Sequence record: SRR22947727_2348
Reading direction: 5' to 3' (one strand)
DNA: 50,321 nt
Shown piece after piece: positions 10,062 through 18,626 of the stretch. A model generated the notes under the pieces. The model did not search any database and was not told the DNA's origin. It was given only the letters and a program-made list of their open reading frames with translations. Made by a program: the position numbers and the translations under genes. Each line of letters starts with the position of its first letter. Position 1 is the first letter of the stretch.

Positions 10062-11287
10062 TGCGTAGAGTAGTAATAACTGGCATTGGAATAGTTTCTT
10101 GTATTGGTAACAATAAAGACGAAGTCGCCAAAAGTCTTAAAAATGGTATTTCAGGGATTACAAAAGATGAAAAAATGGCCGAGCTCGGTTTTCGTAGTCA
10201 AATATCAGGTCGGCCAACACTCATAGCAAAAGATTATATACCAAAAAGATCGTACCGCTTTATGGGCGATGCAGCTGGGTGGAGTGCAATTTCAATGCAA
10301 CAGGCTATTGATGATGCTGGATTAGGTGAGGATCAGGTTTCTAGTAATCGCACGGGTATAATAGCCGGTTCAGGTGGTCCAAGTGCAATAGAAATTGTAA
10401 GGGCAGCAGATATAACACGTAAAAATATTTCACCCAAGCGCATTGGGCCGTTTGCAGTTCCTAAAGCAATGTCGTCTACTGTATCCGCCACATTAGCTAC
10501 GCACTTTAAAATTAAAGGTGTAAATTATTCCATCACATCGGCATGCACCACATCACTACATTGCATTGGCGCTGCTTGTGAACAAATACAATGGGGGAAA
10601 CAAGACATAATGTTTGCGGGAGGAGGCGAAGAAGTTGAATGGGCAATGTCGTCACTTTTTGATGCGATGGGTGCCATGAGTAGCAAATATAATGACACTC
10701 CAGAAACTGCTTCAAGAGCATTCGATATAAGTCGCGATGGCTTTGTTATAGCAGGTGGAGCAGGAATGGTAGTTTTAGAGGATTATGACCATGCCATTGC
10801 AAGAGGTGCTAAAATATATGCTGAAGTAACAGGTTATGCCGCTACATCTGATGGGTATGACATGGTTGCACCGTCTGGTGAAGGTGCGGAAAGAGCGATG
10901 CGAATGGCATTAGATGATGCTAAAACAAGAGGAATATCAAAAATTGACTATATTAACCCTCACGCAACTTCGACACCAGTAGGGGACGTTGCTGAAACAG
11001 GTGCAATTGATCGAGTTTTTAAAGAGTATTGTCCATATATATCAGCTACTAAATGTTTAACTGGACACAGCTTAGGCGCTGCTGGAGTTCAAGAGGCCAT
11101 TTATAGTTTAATAATGATGGATAAAGGGTTTATTGCACCATCAATAAACATAACAGAGCTAGATCCTGAACTTCCCAAAGTTAATATCGTAACTAAAATG
11201 ATCGAAACCAATTTAACCTCAGTAATGTCAAACAGTTTTGGGTTTGGTGGCACGAATGGTAGTGTAATATTTACTAAAGTTGAATAA
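10061..11287 (+). CDS. fabB: Beta-ketoacyl-ACP synthase I
   Basis: [19 protein letters not shown] catalytic triad; SNSFGFGG; coupled to fabA. Confidence 0.96.
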   Translation: MRRVVITGIGIVSCIGNNKDEVAKSLKNGISGITKDEKMAELGFRSQISGRPTLIAKDYIPKRSYRFMGDAAGWSAISMQQAIDDAGLGEDQVSSNRTGIIAGSGGPSAIEIVRAADITRKNISPKRIGPFAVPKAMSSTVSATLATHFKIKGVNYSITSACTTSLHCIGAACEQIQWGKQDIMFAGGGEEVEWAMSSLFDAMGAMSSKYNDTPETASRAFDISRDGFVIAGGAGMVVLEDYDHAIARGAKIYAEVTGYAATSDGYDMVAPSGEGAERAMRMALDDAKTRGISKIDYINPHATSTPVGDVAETGAIDRVFKEYCPYISATKCLTGHSLGAAGVQEAIYSLIMMDKGFIAPSINITELDPELPKVNIVTKMIETNLTSVMSNSFGFGGTNGSVIFTKVE

Positions 11288-11350
11288 TAAATAATTTAAA
11301 ATACTGCTATTTTTAATTATTTAGCAGCACATATTACAAAGGATACTGTA

Positions 11351-12184
11351 ATGGCAGATCAACATTTTCCAACTGGTACTTTAATGAAGGGCAAACGCGG
11401 CCTTGTGATGGGAGTTGCTAACAAAAACTCAATTGCATGGGCAATTGCACGTCAGCTATCCTCGCAAGGGGCAGAGCTCGCCTTCACTTATCAAGGAGAA
11501 GCTCTTTTACGACGTGTTAAACCTCTTGCAGAATCTATAGGTTCTTCAATACTTTGTGAATGCGATGTGACAAATGATGAAACAATGGACTCTACTTTCT
11601 CAAAATTAGAGACAGAATGGGGTAAAATTGATTTCTTGGTTCATGCTATTGCTTTTGCTGGTAAGGATCAACTAGCAGGAAGTTTCATAGAAAACACTAC
11701 GCGTGAAGGCTTTAAGTCAGCTTTGGACATATCAGCTTACAGCTTTGTGGATGCAGGAAGACGTGCTGCAGAAATAATGAATGATGGTGGGTCCATGATA
11801 ACGCTCACATATCTTGGTTCTGAAAGAGTTATTCCAAACTACAATGTAATGGGAGTAGCAAAAGCTGCTTTAGAGGCTAGTACACGTTACATGGCCGCTG
11901 ATTTAGGGCCAAGGCAAATACGAGTAAACGCTATATCGGCAGGCCCCATTAAAACACTCGCTGCTGCAGGTATTGGTTCAGGCAGACATATGTTTAGGTT
12001 TAACAAAGCTGCTAGTTCGCTTCAGGATAACACTGATCCAATGGGGGTTGCAGGTGCAGCTTTGTATCTTCTTTCTGACTTAGGCCTATCTTGCACCGGT
12101 GAAACTCATCATGTTGATGGTGGTTTTCATTCAGTAGGGATGCCTCAAGAGCTTGCCCTTAAAGAAAGTTTAGGATTGTCTTAA
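11351..12184 (+). CDS. fabI: Enoyl-ACP reductase
   Basis: GVANKNSIAW, YNVMGVAKAALE, SAGPIKTLAA. Confidence 0.96.
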   Translation: MADQHFPTGTLMKGKRGLVMGVANKNSIAWAIARQLSSQGAELAFTYQGEALLRRVKPLAESIGSSILCECDVTNDETMDSTFSKLETEWGKIDFLVHAIAFAGKDQLAGSFIENTTREGFKSALDISAYSFVDAGRRAAEIMNDGGSMITLTYLGSERVIPNYNVMGVAKAALEASTRYMAADLGPRQIRVNAISAGPIKTLAAAGIGSGRHMFRFNKAASSLQDNTDPMGVAGAALYLLSDLGLSCTGETHHVDGGFHSVGMPQELALKESLGLS

Positions 12185-12206
12185 AACTTCAACATAACTC
12201 AAAACA

Positions 12207-12545
12207 TTAAACTAAACTTTCTAAATCTTCGCGTGAAAGATTAGCCGCAGCAAAGTAGACTAGTTCCAATGTTACAGAAGGACGACCTTGAGCTACGACT
12301 TGGGATATAAAGTTTAAATAATCTGCATTTTCTAAATTAATTCGAATAGTAGTTCTTTTATTGGCTGAAAATCTAATTTCAGAGAACCATTCAGTTATTT
12401 CAGAGTTATGATACTCTTCTCTAATATGGCTTAAGATTAGATTAATTATCTTTGAACGTGCCTTTGTGTTTAAACGGCGGCCCATTTTAGCAATTAGCTT
12501 TTCAGCTCCTGGCTCTATGAGCATCTCAATTGCTTTTGTCTTCAT
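12207..12545 (-). CDS. Hypothetical protein, possibly tandem ribbon-helix-helix
   Basis: 112-aa ORF filling the gap; two strand-helix-helix-like segments judged by eye. Confidence 0.65.
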   Translation of the reverse strand: MKTKAIEMLIEPGAEKLIAKMGRRLNTKARSKIINLILSHIREEYHNSEITEWFSEIRFSANKRTTIRINLENADYLNFISQVVAQGRPSVTLELVYFAAANLSREDLESLV

Positions 12546-12551
12546 AGTAAA

Positions 12552-12584
12552 GGCTTAGCACTTAATAAGTTAATAATATCTTAC
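12552..12584 (-). promoter_or_regulatory. Putative CtrA box plus -10 element for the 112-aa gene
   Basis: GTAA-N7-TTAAC (12584-12569), 11 nt, TAAGCC (12557-12552), 6 nt, ATG. Confidence 0.45.
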
Positions 12585-12653
12585 TAAAGGAAGGGTAATG
12601 AAAGATATTTCTACCATATATTTTGATTTATAATATCAATCACAAAGTATTCA

Positions 12654-13094
12654 TTAATATATAAGTTCATCAAACTTATGAATATTATGTCTTTTAAAAA
12701 AATCTGAATTAACTTCATAGGCCTCAATTTTACAAACTCCTATAAGAGTATCAATTCCAGCCTCCTGAAGAAGCGCCGCTCCCCGCCAGTTCACTCTTTT
12801 ATCTGGGTCAATAATTGCAATTACACAGTTTTTTATACCCGCTTGTATTAAAGCATTAACACAAGGTTCAGTCTGTCCGTAATGAGAACAAGGCTCAAGA
12901 GTTACATAAACTGTCGACCCCCTTGCTTCACTTCCAGCAATCTGGAGAGCATTTGTTTCAGCATGAGGCCTACCCCCATCTGATGTTACCCCGCTTGCAA
13001 TTATTTTATTTTTTTTTACTATAATGCAACCTACTGAAGGGTTATCAGCTGTTCTGCCTGACTGTTTTTTTGATAAATCAAGCGCAATTTTCAT
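12654..13094 (-). CDS. ribD: RibD-type pyrimidine deaminase, deaminase domain only
   Basis: NPSVGC, GRPHAE, TLEPCSHYGQTEPC Zn motifs; stops at the domain boundary; start could lie slightly upstream. Confidence 0.85.
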   Translation of the reverse strand: MKIALDLSKKQSGRTADNPSVGCIIVKKNKIIASGVTSDGGRPHAETNALQIAGSEARGSTVYVTLEPCSHYGQTEPCVNALIQAGIKNCVIAIIDPDKRVNWRGAALLQEAGIDTLIGVCKIEAYEVNSDFFKRHNIHKFDELIY

Positions 13095-13116
13095 CCATTT
13101 AATATGATTAACCAGT

Positions 13117-13839
13117 TTAAATCTCCGGTAGCACTTTAGCGCGCTTAGCATCCAAGTATCGAGCAGTTTCTATTTCATTAATATCAGAACCAAATTCAAT
13201 TAAAAGAGGGTTTCCTGTTGGAAATTCGTAATTAGGAATTTCTATGTCGGTAACTTTAAAAAGAAATTTTAATATCGCTCTTAGACTATTTCCATGTGCT
13301 GAAATAATTAGATTTTTCTTATTGTTTATTAGGGGAGCAATTGAACTTGAAAAGTAAGGTAATACGCGGTCGCATGTCATTTTCAAACTCTCACCAGTTG
13401 GTAATAACTCAGGGTTTAAATTACTATATTTTGCATCATGAATTGGATGATATTTATTTTTTCTATCAATTTTTGGAGGAGGTATATCAAAACTTCTTCT
13501 CCAAATATGAACTTGCTCTTCACCATATTTAGATCTTGTTTCTTGTTTATTACACCCAGTTAAATCTCCATAATGCCTTTCGTTTAATCTCCAGTCTTTT
13601 ATTACAGGTAAATGAAATTGATTTGCTGCCTCTAAGGACAACCATAATGTTTTTATGGCTCTGCGTTGAAGACTAGTAAAAGCTTGGTCAAATATAATAC
13701 CCTCTTTAGCTATTAATTCACCCGATTTTATAGCTTCACTTACTCCTCTATCGGTAAGATCCACATCCACCCATCCAGTAAAACGATTCTGAAGATTCCA
13801 TTCCGATTGTCCGTGACGGACTAAAACGACAAACGTCAT
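13117..13839 (-). CDS. gpmA: 2,3-BPG-dependent phosphoglycerate mutase
   Basis: RHGQSEWN, RFTGW, LNERHYG, AHGNSLR. Confidence 0.97.
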   Translation of the reverse strand: MTFVVLVRHGQSEWNLQNRFTGWVDVDLTDRGVSEAIKSGELIAKEGIIFDQAFTSLQRRAIKTLWLSLEAANQFHLPVIKDWRLNERHYGDLTGCNKQETRSKYGEEQVHIWRRSFDIPPPKIDRKNKYHPIHDAKYSNLNPELLPTGESLKMTCDRVLPYFSSSIAPLINNKKNLIISAHGNSLRAILKFLFKVTDIEIPNYEFPTGNPLLIEFGSDINEIETARYLDAKRAKVLPEI

Positions 13840-13851
13840 ATTATTAATTCC

Positions 13852-16674
13852 TTAGTGCGCATCATTCCAATTTTTTGCTGCATGCGCTTCGACAACCAGT
13901 GGAACAGATATATCAACAGCAGGCATTGCCGCATTTTGCATTGTTGTAGTAACTATTTCAATCAATTCATTAGCATTTGCTTCGGGAACTTCAAAAATCA
14001 GTTCATCGTGAACCTGTAATAGCATTTTGGAGCCACCTATGGGCTTTATACTATTTGGAATCCTTATCATAGCTCGACGAATTATATCGGCTGCAGAGCC
14101 CTGAATTGGGGCATTAATAGCCTGTCGTTCAGCAAAACCCCTAACAGCGGGATTTCTATCTTTAATTCCTTTAATATGACATCTTCGGCCAAAAAGAGTT
14201 TGCACATAACCATGCTTTCTAGCCTCATCTTTTGCATTTTCCATATAATCTTTAATGCCTGGGAATTTCATAAAGTAATTTTTGATATAATCACTCGCCT
14301 CTGTACGTGATATTCCTAAATTATTAGCTAAGCCAAATGCAGAAATTCCATAAATAATACCGAAGTTTATAGCTTTAGCTCGCCTTCTAGTTGAAGCATC
14401 CATATTTGATAGCTTTATATTAAAAATTTCCGATGCAGTTAACGCATGAATGTCTACACCATCAGAAAATGCTTTCTTCATAGTAGGAAGGTTAGCAGTA
14501 TGAGCTAACAAACGTAATTCAATTTGAGAGTAATCAGCAGCGACTAATAAATGTCCAGGTTCAGCTATGAATGCATCTCTAATTTTACGGCCATCCTCGG
14601 TTCGTATTGGAATATTTTGAAGGTTAGGGTCTGACGAGGATAGGCGTCCTGTAGTAGTTGCAGCTAGTGAGAAACTAGTATGAACTCTTCCAGTACTCGG
14701 GTTTATTTGTTGAACCAAAGCATCCGTATAAGTCGATTTTAATTTGGAATAATGTCGCCACTCAAGAATGATTTTTGGTAGCTCTTCTCCCTTTTCTGCT
14801 AATGCTTCTAGAACGCCCGCCCCTGTTTGCCAGGCTCCAGTTTTTGTTTTCTTGCCACCTTGCAAATTCATTTTATCAAAAAGGATTTCCCCTAATTGTT
14901 TAGGAGATCCTAAATTAAATTGTTGTCCAGAAATCAAATAAGCTTCAGCTTCAAAATGTTCCATTTTTTTTGCAAATAATGCGGATAGACGGGCGAGCTC
15001 AGTTCTATCAACCTTAATACCATCATTTTCCATATGAGCTATTATTGATGGCAAAGGACGCTCTAAAGTTTCATAAACTGTTTTTACCTTTTCAGTCACT
15101 AACTTAGGCTTCAAATACTTCCATAAACGCAGTGTAACATCCGCGTCTTCAGCAGCATATGGGGTAGCTACCTCAAGCGTTAACTCATCGAAGGTTTTCT
15201 TATTTTTTCCTGAGCCAACTAACTCCTTAAAAGAAATAGGTTTATGGCCAAAATGAAGCTCAGAAAGGCCATCCATCCCGTGATTATGCAATCCAGCTGC
15301 TAAAGAATATGAAATTAACATTGTATCGTCATAAGGTGCAGCATTTATTCCATATCTTTGCAAAACACCTAAATCATATTTGAAGTTCTGCCCAACTTTT
15401 AAAACTGAATCTGACTCCAAAAGTGGCTTTAACATTTTAATCGCTACTGACAATTCAATTTGCTTTGGCTTATCTTCACCAAACATATCCCCAGTGCCAA
15501 TGTGACCTAAGGGAATATAACATGCATCATTATCGTCAATGGATAAGCATATTCCTACTAAATCAGCAGAAGAACTATCAAGACTATTGGTTTCTAAATC
15601 TACAGCTATTACCTCGACATCAAAACATCGTTGTATCCACTTATTCAACAACTCCTCTGATTGGATACATTCATACTTTGTTACATCAAAATTTATATTT
15701 TTAGGACTAGTGAGAGCGCCAGGAGACAAAAAATCTGGCTTACTATCATCCTTACGAATGCCACTTGTATTTCCCTCGCCTAAAGCCACCCGCACTCTAT
15801 TAGTTAAAGTGTTGAATTGCATTTCTTCTAAAAAATCAAATAAAACAGTTATATCTGGGTCAGTAACAGCCGTATTCTCTAATGGAAATTCTATATCAAC
15901 ATCTGTCTTTAATGTTACTAATTCTAATGAAATTCGAGCATTATCGATGTTGGCCATCATTTTTTCTCGTCGGCCTTTCTGAGGAATTTCATCACATCGT
16001 TGAAGTAATGTCTCTAAATCTCCAAACTGCTCGAGTAACACCACAGCTGTCTTAACTCCTATACCAGGTACCCCGGGTATATTATCCACAGAATCTCCTG
16101 CTAATGCCTGAATTTCGATTACTCTTTCAGGCGGTAAACCAAATTTTTCTATTACTTGAGGGATGCTTATTCTTTTGTTTTTCATCGTATCAAGCATGGA
16201 TACTTTATTCGATACAAGCTGCATTAAATCCTTATCTGAACTGATGATAGTAACCCTAGCACCCTTAGCTTCTGCCTGCTTAGCATAAGTCGCTATTATA
16301 TCATCGGCCTCATAACCTTCCATTTCTATAGCAGGTGCTCCAAAAGCACGTGTTGCTTCACGAGTTAGAGGAAATTGCGGAATTAAGTCTTCTGGAGTCT
16401 CAGAACGGTTAGCCTTATATTCATTATAAATATCATTTCTAAATGTGTAACTTCCCTTATCAAAAATCACAGCAAAGTGTGTTGGACGATCTTCATCATT
16501 TTGATCCCTTAATAATTTAAAGATCATATTCGAAAATCCAGCTACGGCGCCAATTGGCATACCATCTGATTTACGGGTTAAAGGCGGAAGTGCATGATAA
16601 GCTCTAAATATATACCCTGACCCATCCACTAAAACGACATGAGAATTTTTATCGACTGGGGCCGTGATTGACAT
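13852..16674 (-). CDS. polA: DNA polymerase I
   Basis: 5'-3' exonuclease (VDGSGYIFRAYHA, EADD), 3'-5' exonuclease (DLET), ADYSQIELR, KAINFGIIYG, LQVHDEL. Confidence 0.98.
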   Translation of the reverse strand: MSITAPVDKNSHVVLVDGSGYIFRAYHALPPLTRKSDGMPIGAVAGFSNMIFKLLRDQNDEDRPTHFAVIFDKGSYTFRNDIYNEYKANRSETPEDLIPQFPLTREATRAFGAPAIEMEGYEADDIIATYAKQAEAKGARVTIISSDKDLMQLVSNKVSMLDTMKNKRISIPQVIEKFGLPPERVIEIQALAGDSVDNIPGVPGIGVKTAVVLLEQFGDLETLLQRCDEIPQKGRREKMMANIDNARISLELVTLKTDVDIEFPLENTAVTDPDITVLFDFLEEMQFNTLTNRVRVALGEGNTSGIRKDDSKPDFLSPGALTSPKNINFDVTKYECIQSEELLNKWIQRCFDVEVIAVDLETNSLDSSSADLVGICLSIDDNDACYIPLGHIGTGDMFGEDKPKQIELSVAIKMLKPLLESDSVLKVGQNFKYDLGVLQRYGINAAPYDDTMLISYSLAAGLHNHGMDGLSELHFGHKPISFKELVGSGKNKKTFDELTLEVATPYAAEDADVTLRLWKYLKPKLVTEKVKTVYETLERPLPSIIAHMENDGIKVDRTELARLSALFAKKMEHFEAEAYLISGQQFNLGSPKQLGEILFDKMNLQGGKKTKTGAWQTGAGVLEALAEKGEELPKIILEWRHYSKLKSTYTDALVQQINPSTGRVHTSFSLAATTTGRLSSSDPNLQNIPIRTEDGRKIRDAFIAEPGHLLVAADYSQIELRLLAHTANLPTMKKAFSDGVDIHALTASEIFNIKLSNMDASTRRRAKAINFGIIYGISAFGLANNLGISRTEASDYIKNYFMKFPGIKDYMENAKDEARKHGYVQTLFGRRCHIKGIKDRNPAVRGFAERQAINAPIQGSAADIIRRAMIRIPNSIKPIGGSKMLLQVHDELIFEVPEANANELIEIVTTTMQNAAMPAVDISVPLVVEAHAAKNWNDAH

Positions 16675-16765
16675 TGAGAATCCTTGTTTATTCTCTTTTG
16701 AGCCCCCAATTGATTTTATTCAATAGCAAGGGATGTGTTTAACTAAATAAATTTAAAAAAACTTT

Positions 16766-16939
16766 CTATGCGGTTTGTAATTTAAAGCTCTGATCGCAAT
16801 ATTTGCACTTTGCAGTATTATTCTGACCCATATCAATGTAAATTCTAGGATGCCCTAATGCTCCTCCAGTACCATCGCAGCTTACTCGCTTTGATTTTAC
16901 AATAGTAATCGGAGTTTGAGACTTTGAAGATTTAGACAT
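16766..16939 (-). CDS. Zinc-finger (zf-CHCC) domain protein, 57 aa, not in the ORF track
   Basis: Manual translation MSKSSKSQTPITIVKSKRVSCDGTGGALGHPRIYIDMGQNNTAKCKYCDQSFKLQTA; C-x8-H-x14-C-x2-C. Confidence 0.88.
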   Translation of the reverse strand: MSKSSKSQTPITIVKSKRVSCDGTGGALGHPRIYIDMGQNNTAKCKYCDQSFKLQTA

Positions 16940-17058
16940 ATTTAACTATCGCTTTTGTTATTTTCCTAAGTAATCGGCTAATACTATCCAATCACCGATG
17001 ATATTGTATTTGTTTATACAAAATATGTCTATGTTAATATTTTAGCATGATTAAAAAC

Positions 17059-18486
17059 TTAAGTCTCAGAAAAATCAAACAAGCTTACCCCTCTCCTTCT
17101 TTCATCAAAACTAATAATTCTATTCAGTGGTGCGTGTGCTCTTTGTCTGCAGTGAGGTCGTTCACATAAATAACAATTAACACCAATTTTAGAAGGTTGA
17201 GGATTTTTAAGATTATACTTTTGAGCATAAATCAATCTTGGTGCGTATGCTATGTCACAACCAAGGCCGATCGCTAATTTTTGAGGAGGGCTTTTATAAG
17301 TACCGTTACTTCTAATCACCATCTTGGCAATAGAGAAGTAAGTTGTATCATCAGGTAGCTGAATAATTTGAGTAACCGTTTTATCAGGGTTTAAGAAACA
17401 TTCATGTATATTCCAAATTGGGCAAGCACCGCCAAATCTACTAAAATGAAAACGTCCTGCACTAAACCTTTTTGAAACGTTACCTGCAACATCTATACGT
17501 ATAAAGAAGAAAGGTATACCTCTTGCATCAGGTTTTTGAAGTGTTGTAAGGCGATGCGAAGTTTGCTCAAAACTAGTACCAAATCTATGACACAAAAGAT
17601 CAACATCGTACTTACTATTTTCCGCTTCTTTGAGAAACTGGTCATAAGGCATTAAAATAGCAGCAGCAAAATAATTTGCCAATGTTGTACGGCAAAGTCC
17701 TTCTGCCTCCGAGCTATTTAAGTTAGCAGAATCAACTACTTCATCAATTAAATTACGATACTCTAATATGCTGATTTGATAGGCTAACTGAAACCTACGG
17801 CCAGACTGCGGTAACAATTCTGATAAATTTATTCGCTTAGAATGACGGTCAAAGTATCTCAACATCTGAGGCATAATATCCACAGGAACTACTCTTACTG
17901 AAATATCATGCTTCTCTTGAAGCCGCTTGGTTAATGTCATTCCAATTTGGGCTTTATTATAGCCTAATTCTTTAGCTAACTTTTCCGCAGCAGCATCCAA
18001 AGCAGGAAAATAGTTTTTCTGTTTGTGTAAAAACCGTCTTACAGAATCAACTGCCTGAGACGATTGCTCTAATAATTCTACATGATCCCTATCACTAATA
18101 TTTTCACTAGCACGTAATGTTGTATCGCGATGCTTTCCATATAATTTAATCAAAGATCGAGCAGCGCTTGGACTCACATTTACTAAATCTTCTGCCTCAT
18201 TTTTTGAAAGAGAGTCGCCTTTGAAAATTGGGTCTCTCAGAGTCTCATAGACTTCAGCAACAAGATGAGCATCTCCAGATCCAGTAAAACTAGCAATATC
18301 GAAATCATAAATCTCTGCCATACGAAGTAAAACATTTGCTGATAGTGATCTCTGATTACGCTCCATAAGATTTAAATAGGAAGTAGATATGCCTAAATCT
18401 TCGGCCATACGGGATTGAGTTAACCCTAAAGTTTTTCTAAATCGGGCGATGCGCGGACCAATAAGAAGCTTTTTACTACTGGGCAT
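17059..18486 (-). CDS. ramB: Short-chain fatty acyl-CoA regulator (ScfR/RamB/PccR family), XRE HTH
   Basis: N-terminal XRE HTH, NYFAAAILMPY, HRLTTLQ, FGGACP, C-terminal CYLCERPHCRQRA; divergent from aceBA. Confidence 0.88.
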   Translation of the reverse strand: MPSSKKLLIGPRIARFRKTLGLTQSRMAEDLGISTSYLNLMERNQRSLSANVLLRMAEIYDFDIASFTGSGDAHLVAEVYETLRDPIFKGDSLSKNEAEDLVNVSPSAARSLIKLYGKHRDTTLRASENISDRDHVELLEQSSQAVDSVRRFLHKQKNYFPALDAAAEKLAKELGYNKAQIGMTLTKRLQEKHDISVRVVPVDIMPQMLRYFDRHSKRINLSELLPQSGRRFQLAYQISILEYRNLIDEVVDSANLNSSEAEGLCRTTLANYFAAAILMPYDQFLKEAENSKYDVDLLCHRFGTSFEQTSHRLTTLQKPDARGIPFFFIRIDVAGNVSKRFSAGRFHFSRFGGACPIWNIHECFLNPDKTVTQIIQLPDDTTYFSIAKMVIRSNGTYKSPPQKLAIGLGCDIAYAPRLIYAQKYNLKNPQPSKIGVNCYLCERPHCRQRAHAPLNRIISFDERRRGVSLFDFSET

Positions 18487-18496
18487 AATATCTCTT

Positions 18497-18593
18497 TTTA
18501 CAAAGTTTACAAAATGTACAAAATAATTTTAACATAGTTTACAAAATTACCTATATTTTACAATAAATTATAGGAAAAAAAAGTTTTTGTAAA
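18497..18593. promoter_or_regulatory. Array of TTTACAAA boxes, putative RamB operator
   Basis: TTTACAAA at 18497, 18506, 18538; TGTACAAA 18515; TTTACAAT 18557; inverted TTTGTAAA 18586. Confidence 0.75.
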
Positions 18594-18626
18594 TATAGTA
18601 AATTTATAAATGAAAAGGTGCCTATT

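Noticed and set aside
11304-11327. CTGCTA...TAGCAG inverted repeat between fabB and fabI
   Set aside because: Short stem, large loop and no T-tract; not supportable as a terminator
15539-15982. 147-aa plus-strand ORF
   Set aside because: Antisense shadow of polA with no recognisable motif
18497-18593. Short repeats as a CRISPR or VNTR
   Set aside because: 8-bp units with irregular spacing and no cas genes; better explained as an operator
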